In this document: in pieces, positions 41,711 through 53,194 of the stretch
Numbering within the stretch: position 1 is the first letter of the stretch
How the letters are laid out: each line of letters begins with the position of its first letter
Origin: Octopus sinensis
Taxonomy: Eukaryota
Assembly: GCF_006345805.1 (NCBI RefSeq)
Contig: NC_043003.1
Span: forward strand, 32,054,001 to 32,118,000
Length of the DNA: 64,000 nt
Direction of reading: 5' to 3'
The notes under the pieces: generated by a model
What the model saw: only the letters and a program-made list of their open reading frames with translations
What the model was told of the DNA's origin: nothing
Database searches by the model: none
Made by a program: the position numbers and the translations under genes

Positions 41711-41745
<35 letters not shown>
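41460..41745. repeat. Long interrupted (TA)n microsatellite
   Basis: Direct reading. Confidence 0.97.
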
Positions 41746-41746
<1 letters not shown>

Positions 41747-42181
41747 TCGTTGCGACTTGCAATCTTTTCAAAGGTCATTGATTCTGACCGTTATGGGAAC
41801 TGCGCTCTTTTTTATTGTGAGTTTGTACCCATATATGTATATGTGTGTGTGTGTGTACATCTATGTGTATATATATATATGCATCTGTGCACGTTTTTAT
41901 GAATGCATGTATGCAGTCTGCATATCCATGTGCTTGTGTGTGTGTGTTGTGTGTGCGTTCGTATATGTCCTTGTATGAAATGTGCGTGTATGTATATGTT
42001 CATGTGTTAAAGTCTTGATTTGTATCTATGCATATATGCATTATGTATGTGTGTCTCTGTGTGTTCCCGTCTGTCCGTATTACCTATGTACATATATATC
42101 TGTATATTTTCCTGCCCATATGCGTATTCATTTATTTACATATATATATATATATATACACATACACACATGCATATATAT

Positions 42182-42440
42182 ATCACCGTGATCACCGTGA
42201 CCGGCCAGGCTATCAGATGTTGCTACACATCGCTGGTCACAATGTGCTTCGTATTGTTTTAGCCTTTAAATGACGCCACCCTGCTGGCTAAGCGAGCAGG
42301 CCAACAGAAGAAAGAGTGAGAGAAAGTGGTGGCTAAAGAGTACAGCAGGGATCACCACCATCCCCTGGCGGAGCCTCGTGGAGTTTTAGGTGTTTTCGCT
42401 CAATAAACACTCACAACGCCCGGTCTGGGTATCGAAACCC
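42182..42440 (-). mobile_element. SINE (family D) truncated at its B box by the adjacent element
   Basis: The minus strand begins GGTTTCGATACC (B box), runs CAGACCGGGCGTTG..., and ends in a GGTGATCACGGTGAT tail. Confidence 0.7.
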
Positions 42441-42752
42441 GGTTCTCATTCCTAAGGTATTTTTTGATATTGTTATTATTATTATTATTATTCAGGTCAC
42501 TACCTGGAATCGAACTCGGAATCTTGGGTTTAGTAACCCGCGCTCTTAACCACTACGCCATATGCCCGTGGGCATATGAATAATAATAACAACAATAATA
42601 GCTACATCGAAAAATACCTTAGGCATGAGGAGCCTGGTTCGAAATTTTCCCAAGACACCTGATGAAGACTGGAGGGTATATCAGCCGAAACGTTGTGTTA
42701 ACAACAAACACGATGAGGACAAATATCCGTCTATTGTAAATAATGTAAATAA
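42441..42752. mobile_element. Head-to-head composite: tRNA-derived head (minus strand) plus hammerhead-bearing tail (plus strand)
   Basis: A box TGGCGTAGTGG (42560-42550), B box GAGTTCGATTCC (42517-42506), and central hairpin CATATGCCC-GT-GGGCATATG. The segment 42441-42468 is inverted at 42606-42634. Confidence 0.75.
42654..42699 (+). ncRNA. Minimal type I hammerhead ribozyme motif
   Basis: Stem I GACAC/GTGTT, core CTGATGA plus one extra A, stem II GACTGG..TCAGCC (one mismatch), GAA-ACGT palindrome, predicted GUU cleavage after 42694. Confidence 0.72.
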
Positions 42753-42779
42753 TATCAGGGTTAATCTTACATAACATTT

Positions 42780-43410
42780 AGTTATCATTGTTGCATGTGG
42801 TATTCTCATAGTTGTGATCTGATAGAGCTCCCTGTCTTTTCAAAGATCTTAATGTGAAGTTTAGCCTCATTCAGAGCTTTCCTAAATCTACGGGCTAGTT
42901 CTCTATGGGGTGTGGCTTCTACAAACATCGCTGCTTGATATTTGTCGGTCTTGTACCACGTGTTCACCCTTTGTACTTTGTCACAAACTCTTTGTGTCTT
43001 ATTCCAGTCTTTACTTCTACATCTAAGGCATGTACTACTGATTTCATTACCTATAACGCTATCAAACTGCCTTCTAGCAGACCTGTCTTCCCGAACCCTA
43101 TCCTTCTGATTATATCCCGCGAATTGCATGCGATCCATGAAATTTTGTACTTGTTTCTTTGTTTCATAGGTTTCGCATACTGGGGACACGTTGTTCATTA
43201 TCTTAACTAGGTCAGCTATCAATATGTTAATTTTCATGTTGTATGATAAAGCTAAATTATTGCGAACAACATATTTAGAATCTATTTGGTTTGATGTAAT
43301 AGGAGTGGAGGAGTTGCACTCTGTTGCTCATTATGATCCTCTCGGTTTCTACATTTCAGTAACTAGAGTTTGTCCAAACAGAGTCAACGACTATTGAAAA
43401 GCTTGTAAGA
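42780..43410 (-). mobile_element. Penelope-like element ORF fragment (RT thumb and linker)
   Basis: SKYVVRNNLALSYNMKINILIADLVKIMNNVS...FMDRMQFAGYNQKDR...WYKTDKYQAAMFVEATPHRELA..IKIFEKTGSSIRSQL resembles the PLE region between the RT and GIY-YIG domains (recognised from memory). Confidence 0.7.
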
Positions 43411-43740
43411 CGCACCGCAAATTAAGGTACAGATAAATAAATGAGTGGAAATCAGACCGGTGAGTGTGTTGGATCAATGAGGTGCTAAAGGAGTATCACT
43501 CTCCCCAGACACAATAAAATAGGCTTCATCACACGAATTCACATAATGAAGCTTACAAAAAATATACATAAACGAAATATACATACATACACACACATAT
43601 ATATATATACATACGTTTATACATATATATATATATAAATATATATATAAATGTGTATATATAAATATTCATACACATATACATATACATACATACACAC
43701 ACACATATATGAGCGAGATACAAATATATATATATATATA

Positions 43741-43878
43741 TATAATATATATGGAGGGAGAGAGAGAGTGAGAGGGAGAGAGAGAGAGCGAGAAAGGGAG
43801 AGAAGGTCGTTTTATATTTGGTTTGGACCAGTTTCGATGTAAACTTGTGGTTTCTCTATCTGTCTGTCTGTCTGTCTT

Positions 43879-43927
<49 letters not shown>

Positions 43928-44095
43928 TTCTTTCTATGTAAGGAATGTACCACTGGTTTCATTACCTATAACGCTATCTAAGTCCCTTCTTGCACAGCTG
44001 TGTAGCCGAAACCTATTCTTCTGATCATATGCAGAGAATTGCATGCGATGCATGAAATTTTGTACGTGTTTCTTTGTTTCATGGGGTTCGCATAT

Positions 44096-44144
<49 letters not shown>

Positions 44145-44270
44145 TGGAGGGAGAGAGAGAGTGAGGGGAGAGAGAGAGAGCGAGAAAGGGAGAGAAGGTC
44201 GTTTTATATTTGGTTTGGACCAGTTTCGATGTAAACTTGTGGTTTCTCTATCTGTCTGTCTGTCTGTCTT

Positions 44271-44323
<53 letters not shown>

Positions 44324-44484
44324 TTCTTTCTATGTAAGGAATGTACCACTGGTTTCATTACCTATAACGCTATCTAAGTCCCTTCTTGCACAGCTGTGTA
44401 GCCGAAACCTATTCTTCTGATCATATGCAGAGAATTGCATGCGATGCATGAAATTTTGTACGTGTTTCTTTGTTTCATGGGGTT

Positions 44485-44490
<6 letters not shown>
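43741..44490 (+). repeat. Near-identical tandem direct duplication (period about 393-396 bp) joined in (TA)n
   Basis: Unit starts GGAGGGAG at 43753 and 44146; unit ends GGTTCGC at 44091 and 44487. Each unit contains a diverged copy of PLE ORF segment 43037-43180. Confidence 0.93.
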
Positions 44491-44528
<38 letters not shown>

Positions 44529-44800
44529 AACAAACACTTGAGTGTGTGTGAATGAGTGTTTGTCCGTGTGTGCGGCAATGTGTGTGTGTGTGTGTATGCA
44601 TCATAAAACAGATACACACTGCGACATAAATTTCGAATTTTTACTGATAACGAGCTGTCATAGAAGCAGCTATCGGCGGAACTTTGAAGTCAACAACGCA
44701 ATGTAGCCATACATCGGCATTGAGTATTTTTTTCATTTAATGCTCTTTCCTGCTGTGTCAAACCTTCTTTGAAAGCAAAAACAATGCACACACACACACA

Positions 44801-44845
<45 letters not shown>

Positions 44846-45440
44846 CACACTCATACACACACTCATACACACACACTCACGCTTGGATGTGTGTGAGTTT
44901 ATGCATGCCATGCATTTACAAAAACCTGTTCATGTAAGTATTGAGAGAAAAGTGCATATACGTGTTCACATATTGGTATACGTTTCTTCCCTGGTATCGA
45001 TTGTGCGTGCATTAACATTTATTCACGTATGTAAGTCAAACCCCAACACAATTACATCCATACGTATATACTCTCATTAACACATTTATACTAATACAAT
45101 TATACATACAGCAGCACTCAGACGCACTTGTGCTCATCCAAACAAGCATACTGATGTATACAATGGTAAGTAAGCACGGAAGCTATCGAAAAAAATATAA
45201 TGTACCAACAAAAGGAAAATATTTGAAACCACATAACCTAGAATTTTCACGAAGATTCTACTTCCCCAGTTTCATTGATAATGTCTCGTAGCATTATATA
45301 TTCCTGAAGAATTTCATTTAATTCCAAATTTGTTAAACGGATTATTCTTGCCTATATTTATTTATGTAATTATTTATTGTTTGATTATTTATCATTTGTA
45401 TACGTTTTTTATTTATTTACTTATTTGTTTATTTATCTAT

Positions 45441-45471
<31 letters not shown>

Positions 45472-46789
45472 TAGTTGGCGTCAATCATGCGTTCGTTTAT
45501 TCATTTTGGCGTTCGTTTCAGTCTTCCTTTCAATCGTGCGCCTTCCATTTGTTGACAGATAAATAAAATTGTATGAGAGTAATTATGGCAGCAGCAGCAA
45601 GAAGTAGTTTCAGATCGTACAATAGTAAATAGAATGTTCGTTCTATTATTCCTCACCACATGCCAACGTAGCATCAGCAGCAACGTCGCTGCCATCACCT
45701 TCATCAACAGCAACGGCTACGACAACAGTATTAACAACAGAAAGAACCAGTGAAAAGATGTCAGAAAAAAAAAAGCAAAATATAGAGAGGAGCACGCTAT
45801 ATAGTATTATTGTATTTGTTTAACACTTTAAGCCCAACGTAGAAAGAAAATAGTGTTCAACTTTTCGGAGGCGTTGTCTTTCATCAAGGAAAAGGAAAGA
45901 AACAAAGAAAATAGAAATTTAAATCGCCGAGTAGCTACAGGCTCCCATGGGGCTGACAAGTACATCTAATTACATTAGACTCAAAACTTCGCCACCACTT
46001 CTACCAGTACCAACCTTATCACTCTTTCACTCTTGACATTGCATCAGCATTCGTATAATTACAACTCCCCGCCTCGATACTGCTGCATATGTGGCACCTC
46101 TAACAAAAGCCCAATATATATATATATAAGCATGCAGCTGAATTCTCAACACGCATGCAATATCTCAGATAACATTGTTATGTTCTGCGTATTTCTGTCT
46201 CGTAGCTTCTCCGTATGATCCGCAACAACAGCCCAAAATATCAACGCATGTCTGGAAAAGAGCAGCAGTAAACTATTTTGAAAAGTACCAATATCACCCC
46301 ATTTGTGATGTGAGAACATCTGTGCCTATCACTCATATTACTGGCCTCAGCATTTTAATGGGATGGAAGTAGTAGGGGGACGGAAACAGATGCATAGATC
46401 GATAGCAAAAAAAAAACAAAACAAGGAGACGTATATGCACTTAGACGTACACCTGCATTCTCCAACTCAAATTTTACATCCTCAATTTTAAGTATCAGAA
46501 AAGGTTTTTAAAAACGTTGTATTGGTCAGGTAAATGCATACTAATTCATTTCATATTCATTGATGATTTTGTACTCTTTTCCAAGAGCATTAAAATATAG
46601 GTAGCAATGATGAAAGACCTAAAATTGGAAAACAATAAAAAAGAAATTAGAACTCAGAATTGTTTATCTATTCACAGATAGAAATGTAGTAATAGAGGAT
46701 GAAATAGTTGAACATGGAAGCCATACACCTTCCGTGAATATGCTCAAAAGTTGAAAATCCAAACCCAAGAACTTGAACTACGAATAAAA

Positions 46790-47210
46790 TTATGATGGGC
46801 AGCCCTTGGTAAATTGAATCACATCATGAATAGTAATTTGCTTATGTCTCTAAAAAGAAAGATCTTCATAGTAACGGGTGCTGCGTACAATTACATATGC
46901 ATCAGAAATATGGGCTACCAACAAGAACATTGAAAGTAAATTAAGAGCAACGCAAAGAACTAGACAAAGGAGAATGCTGGAGATTACCAAAATAGAGAAA
47001 CAACATATTAAGTGTGGAAACCGGTTTAACGGATATTATTTACAAAATGAAAACTCTAACATGGTCTTTCGCAGGACACGTGTTTAGAAGAAAGAATACC
47101 AGATGGAATAGCGAATTGGGAGAGTGGACACCATGACCAGAGAAAAAAAATAGGGTAAGTCCATGCAGAAGTTGGAATGAGTCTCTCGGCACCAAAACAT
47201 GAATGAACTA
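46790..47210 (+). mobile_element. RTE-clade LINE C-terminal fragment
   Basis: WAALGKL..SLKRKIF..TITYASEIWA..KLRATQR..RRMLEITK. Confidence 0.8.
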
Positions 47211-47540
47211 AGCATATAACCGTGTTTGGTGGAGAGAACATATGGACGTATTCAACCAGCACAATGTATATAGCAGAACATATTTCAAAAGCATACTATA
47301 TTAGACTACCCCGAAAGTGCAAACTAAAAACTCACTGTAATCATGCCGTTTGTTTGAAAGTACAATTTTAGATGTTCTCGATCGAAAACTCCAGCGTAAC
47401 TCAAAAGCTGTAGTAGACTGAATATCGCTAATGTGCGTATTCGAATATATTGCTTTGCCATATAACATAAAAAGAGAAATTGCTGAAATATCGCCATGTC
47501 ATATATATATATATATATATGTGTATGTATGTATACATAA

Positions 47541-47592
47541 GTCTTACAGGTATTTCTAGGATATTAATTAATAATATCCCTCCATCGGAGAC
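47541..47592 (-). ncRNA. Degenerate hammerhead motif
   Basis: Stem I GTCT/AGAC, CCGATGG-A, stem II GGATATT/AATATCC, then GAAA-TACCT-GTA. The island 47540-47682 is flanked by TA-rich repeats. Confidence 0.5.
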
Positions 47593-47789
47593 GGTGTGAG
47601 AGGAAACATTAAGTCATAGTTAGTTTCGATGTGATACAAAATACTTATAAGCGCTAATATTCTCGCTATTATAACCTCAACTATATATATATATACATAT
47701 ACATATACATACACACACGCACACATACATATATATATATATACACACATATATATATTTATATATGTGTGTGTGTGTATCTGTGTGCG

Positions 47790-48722
47790 TAATTAAAGAG
47801 GAGTGTAAAAATACATTACGAAGGATATATCATAAACAATTCATAATTATTTACGAATATATCAATGACGAAACATGCAATCAAAAAGTTTCCTAAAGGA
47901 AGTGTGTATAATTACGAGCAAATCATAGTTATAAAGGATAGGGTTCCAGAAACCCTTCTATGTCTAGAAATAGCTGTTAAAACTGCTATAAAGCTACTAT
48001 AACCACTCATATTTTATCTCTTCACAATCAAGCTGTCGGCAGGCGGAATGACATTAAATTCAAAACTTAAATAAAAGGTTAAATCCTTGTTGCAATTTCG
48101 AAGTTAGCAACCAAAAATGGTTCTACTCTTCTCTTCAAACATGTTAGGGTTTCTGAGACCCTCTCCCTTATAATTGTGATTTGTTCATAATTATACATAT
48201 TTAGTTTATGAAAGTTTTTGATTGCATGTTTGGCCATTGCTATATTAGTAAATGATTATGAATTGTTTATGATATATAGTTCGTATTGTATTTTTACATT
48301 CCTCTTCAATTATTTAATTTTTTCACTCATACACTGTTTGTCGCCGTTGCTCGATTTACTGGTCTTTTCTTATCTGTGCATGATGTTGGAATTCAGAATT
48401 TTATGTGTAGATAGAGGTTGACACATTATTCTTGCCGGTCGGGAAGCATGGAAGCTCCAACCTATGGTTTTTGTATCTACAGGAATGAAGATAAGATTGG
48501 AACCGTTTTTGGTTCCTAACTTCGGAACTGCAATAAAGAATTAGCCTTTTAGTTAAGTTTTGAATTTTATGTGATGTCGCCCGCCGACAGCCTAATTGTG
48601 AAGCGCTAAAATATGAGTAGTTATTGTGACTTTATAGCGGTTTTGACTGCTATTTCTAGACATGTAAGGGTTTCTGAAACCCACACCGTTATAATTGTCA
48701 TTTGTTCATAATCATATACACT
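47790..48722. repeat. Three diverged pieces of one repeat family: an inverted copy plus two direct partial copies
   Basis: The reverse complement of 47790-48125 aligns by eye with 48490-48722 (5' part) and with 48139-48315 (3' part). Confidence 0.8.
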
Positions 48723-48724
48723 TC

Positions 48725-48762
<38 letters not shown>

Positions 48763-49189
48763 TCGAATGTTGCTGGTAGGTTATCTAAGTCCCTGCACCC
48801 TGAAGGAAATAAATGAGGTCGGAATTATTGTAAACTTTGGTTTGATATCAATGCAAATACAATGTTTGTGCTAGTTGTCAAAGTTTACCTATAAGGGTTG
48901 ACACTTCCGCATTGATTCAAGCACTTTCATGATATTTAAAATAACCCACTTCTTTTAGCTGATTCCTTCATACTTCTGTCACATGCGTATTGTACGTATG
49001 CAGTGTAACAATTTTTGCAGTGATTTATAATGTGGTAAACTTTGTTGGAGTAATGTTGATAAACAGAGTACACTGATTTTTACGTTGTTCACATCTGGCA
49101 CAACTGATCGTCAATCATCTGCAATCAGCAGTCCACACTCTTAGAGGTCTAACTTTGATTATTTGCATGCATGCTAAAATGCATAGTTT

Positions 49190-49500
49190 TCCCATATATT
49201 GCATAAGAAATATTCTAAACACTATGTGGCAAGATAACATTATCAATACAAAGTCTCTTAGACGTTCCAATACTCCTAGTTTGTTTGCTAAGAAGAAGCA
49301 ACTCAAGCTGCGTTGAGTTGAGCATGTTAGTATATTTGACTATAGACTATCAATGGCTACTTTCTAATCTGAGTTTGCAAATGGTGGTCATAGATTTGGA
49401 ACATCTAGGTATGTTTTCAGAGATGCCCTGCATAGGACCTTGATGAATTGTAACATAAATCCAGTCATTCTGGAGCACGGTTTGGAAATAAGGAAACCTG
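49190..49500 (+). mobile_element. RTE-clade LINE C-terminal relic
   Basis: IRNILNTMWQDNIINTKSLRR..QLKLR*VEHV..DYR..SEFANG..RDALHRTLMNCNI. Confidence 0.7.
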
Positions 49501-49782
49501 CAATATATAGACTAAGGCTTAATAATATTCACAAATGTCTAGAGCGTAAGCCAAAAGGGAAGCTAGCAGATCACGGTATAATAAAAATGGTATAAAGTAA
49601 ATAAAAGTTTGCAACCGGTGACAAATATTGATCAGAATAAGCCCTTTTGGTCACATTTTTTCCTCCCCTTCAGTTTATGTATGCATTTATTAATTCATTC
49701 TGCATATGCTAGGTCACTGTCCGAAAGGAATGGCGGACATGCTATCGTATATGAATATAAATATGTGCGTATGTAAGTGTTT

Positions 49783-49822
<40 letters not shown>

Positions 49823-50454
49823 GCGTGTGCGTGTGTGCGCACGTATGCGTGTGTATCTCTCTATGTATGTTTATAGATATGTATGTAGGTATGCATATCT
49901 GAGTTTGCTAGGTCATCGTCCTAAAACATGGCGGGAAGCTGTCGTGTGTCTATAATCGTGTGTCCTTTTACGCTGGTATATTTGTGCATTCGTTTGTTGT
50001 TAAGAATATATATTTTATAGAGGTCATTACTAAGATTTGTCAAGTAGTAAACTACATGTAACCATATAAATATATTATATATAAGAGTGATTTGTAGACG
50101 TTAATATATTTCTGCACAATATCTAATTTTGTTGTAGAATTTGACATCGTGTTTATAGTTCATATTCAAAATCGTTTTGTCGTATACTTTTACTTTGCTC
50201 CCAACCAAGTTCGTGGATAAACATTAGCTATATACTTATGTTCATTCTACATAAAATAAAAGGAGTGTAACATATCAAACGTGGGCAGAGATTTTGAAAC
50301 AATGAAATACTGAACTAGATTTCTTTCTTTAACAGATATCATTCTTTCTTATCTTGTGTTCAATTTAGAACTTCGTGTTTTTCAATTCATTCGGGGTTTC
50401 GATAACACTAAATATCTATGTATTACCCTTACAAGGCGAGTACCACAACCGTCA

Positions 50455-50670
50455 CAAGGTGACGTATTGGCAGAAACGTTGGTATCACGGACAATATGCT
50501 TATCAGCATTTCTACCTGCTTTAATATGTACGTTCACATTCTGCCAAGTTCCTCTTTGCCTTTCATCACATCGGGGTCGATAAAAATAAGGACTAGACGA
50601 GCACTATGGTCAATGTAATTGATTAACACCGTTCCCCAAATTTCAGGTCTTGTACTTAAATTAGAATGAA
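50455..50670 (+). mobile_element. Diverged SINE family B copy
   Basis: TTGGCAGAAACGTT..CTTTGCCTTTCATC..GGGGTCGATAAAA. Confidence 0.75.
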
Positions 50671-51230
50671 AGAAATATGCACACGCTCTGATCCTATCAA
50701 TAAACAGAAAATATGATGTATACTACTGATCCACTCGACTCATTTTGTTTCGGTATCTATAGATTTTTGGGTCAGTATCGAAAAGAACACAGTCGATATT
50801 CTATATAAATGTAAATATAATGAAAGTAACATCTGTCATAATTATAATTGTGGTAACAATATTAATACGATAATGGATCTGATAAATCTATATATGTATA
50901 ATAGATCTTACCTATATCAGGCTGTGACTATATTGATTAAATACAGATAACATGGTGTGACGAAGAGCAGGAGGTGTATACTCGATAATCAAAAACTGTA
51001 ACAGCTGAATTTTCTTGCCGAAGCTTTTCAGTTTTCTTCCTGCTGATTATGAATTTATAAAAATGGATACAACTTACGTAGTTGTAATAATGAAGTCAAT
51101 GGTACATTAATTATCAATCTAGTATATAAAATGTTTGATATTGCAATTTGATATTCTCTCATATTTAGTTATATGTATATATAATGTAAAACCATAAATT
51201 TAGGGGGTATTAGATGTGAATATAGGTGTT

Positions 51231-51297
<67 letters not shown>

Positions 51298-51589
51298 TGT
51301 ATGTATGTATGTATATATGTATATGTATATATATATATAACTTCAATAGAACTTCAAGAGGATTCACAAATTACTCCAAATAAAGAAACTTAGTTTATCA
51401 GATCACAGGAAAATTATGATAACTCTAGAATTCAACCGAATTCGATGTTAGAAGTAAATACATTTATAATAAGTGTTCTTCCTATTAAATATCATACAAT
51501 TTAATAATAATAATGTGAATTAGGTTTCAGAATTTTCAATATGTAATTAGTGATGACGTTTGTCAAATGGTCAATTAATGCTTTGTACA

Positions 51590-51830
51590 CCAAAATTTGA
51601 TAATACCCTCACATATTCCGATGTATGATCTATGAAGTTCTTCAGTGGTGATATTTGGTAGCCTGAGATGTGTTGTTTGAAGGTTTGAAGTACTTGATAT
51701 CTTCGGCGTATTTTTAGTTGTAGCTACCATTTATATTTTCTCTTCTAGCGAAATTGAACGCCCAGCGGGAATGTATTTCCTGATTAGATTTAGAAAAAGT
51801 TTTGCCGATATTTTAATAATTTATTTGAAA
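51590..51830 (-). mobile_element. Highly decayed LINE RT relic
   Basis: KYAEDIKYF (YADD-like) on the minus strand; little else is recognisable. Confidence 0.35.
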
Positions 51831-52780
51831 AGTTAACATTCGGTAATTGATGTCATATTAAGATTAGCATGATCAGTGATGAGTTTTCATTTCATTACCT
51901 GGGGGTATTTAACATTTGAGGGTAAATGTAATTATTCACCACTAGGCCTCAGTGCATTTCAGTTCCATCCAATGCATATTTGCCGAGAAAAATCTAGTAA
52001 TATTACTTCAAATTTACTGGCAAAATTACAAAACCGAGTGGAAAGACGGTTTCATCAATGCAAATGAGCTTTCCATTCTGAATTTGCATGATTTGCATTT
52101 ACACGTTCCGAGGTCATATATATAATATCAAGGGAATCCCGTTTTCTTATATTAGTAATTGCAATGATATTAAATCCTACATTAAATGAACAAGTTGCGG
52201 CGTACATCATTTTCCTAGGTTATCTTCATTTATGTTATAAGAGGCTGTATCTTCATCTCTCTACAAGTCAACGACTTATATATTAATTCTAATCTTGTGC
52301 TATCCAGGGATTAATAAACCAGCCAGATTGATTTTGACACATGCAGAGATTGTGTCAAAAAGTAGTACCTCCCTAGTGTACATGACAATATCGATGATGT
52401 TATTCTGGATATCACAACTTATATTAAATTGTAAAGACTTCGTGAAGAGGAAGTGGAATAGTCTCTTGCAGAAGTCAACGACATGAAATTTACTCAGTTT
52501 CGCAAATATTTTTCCGCTTTGTTAGGCCAGTGAGGTGCTGGTATTAGTTTTTGGATGGAATCTAATGTTATTTCTGTATTTGTTCTGTGTACGGTTAACA
52601 TAGTTACTCCGCTTCGCTTTTCAATTTCAGGTTTATTACCATACATATAGGGTTTGTGGAAATTTGTTTTTATTATGACATTTAAAGGCGTATACATGCA
52701 TACACACACACGCATACATACATACATTCATATATATATATATATGAATATATATACATACATATATTTATATATATATG

Positions 52781-52977
52781 GACGCCATGATCGATCGTTA
52801 GCTCCTACACGCATTTTTTCTCTCCTTTTTTTTCTGTGTATCTTTCTGTCGAAGAGCGTAGGCTCGAAACGTAAAAGACTTTTTCTATTTCCATTCCTGA
52901 GCGCTTTACTAATACATTTGTTTGTTTGTACTCCACCTGCCTTCGTCTTTTGTTTATTTTCGTAAACTTTCCCGTTA
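52781..52977 (+). mobile_element. PLE-type T-rich terminal island flanked by (TA)n on both sides
   Basis: About 197 bp of unique pyrimidine-rich sequence containing the hammerhead motif at 52841-52878. Confidence 0.65.
52841..52878 (+). ncRNA. Minimal hammerhead motif, A6U core variant
   Basis: TCTTT-CTGTCGA-A-GAGC(GTAG)GCTC-GAA-ACGT-A-AAAGA. Stems I and II are perfect. Confidence 0.65.
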
Positions 52978-53151
52978 TATATATATATATATATATATAC
53001 ATTTTTATATTTCGCTTAGGCATTAGAACGCAATGTACATATGCTTCAGAATAAAGCGTTAGTCGAGTTCAGAGCGTACTCTGTAATTAAATACCTGACA
53101 AATGAATAAGGAATTATGCTGCGGAAGAACTATGACGTGATGTACATCCCA

Positions 53152-53194
53152 GGCCTGGATGAGCTGCATCCTATAGCAGAAACAGCTGTAAGCT
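53152..53194 (+). ncRNA. Degenerate hammerhead motif
   Basis: CTGGATGA-G-CTGC(ATCCTATA)GCAG-AAAC-AGCT-GTA with palindromic ACAGCTGT. There are indels in the core and stem I is weak. Confidence 0.45.

Noticed and set aside
42490-42567. tRNA gene on the minus strand
   Set aside because: A and B boxes are present, but the acceptor stem does not close and the sequence runs into a repeat body, so I treated it as a SINE-type head.
43822-43860. Stem plus GAAACTGGTC on the minus strand (duplicated at about 44212-44250)
   Set aside because: The 5' core is replaced by (GACA)n, so a hammerhead origin cannot be supported.
46205-46372. Exon-like segment after a strong-looking acceptor (ASPYDPQQQPKIST...)
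   Set aside because: No homology recognised, and equally good signals exist on the opposite strand.
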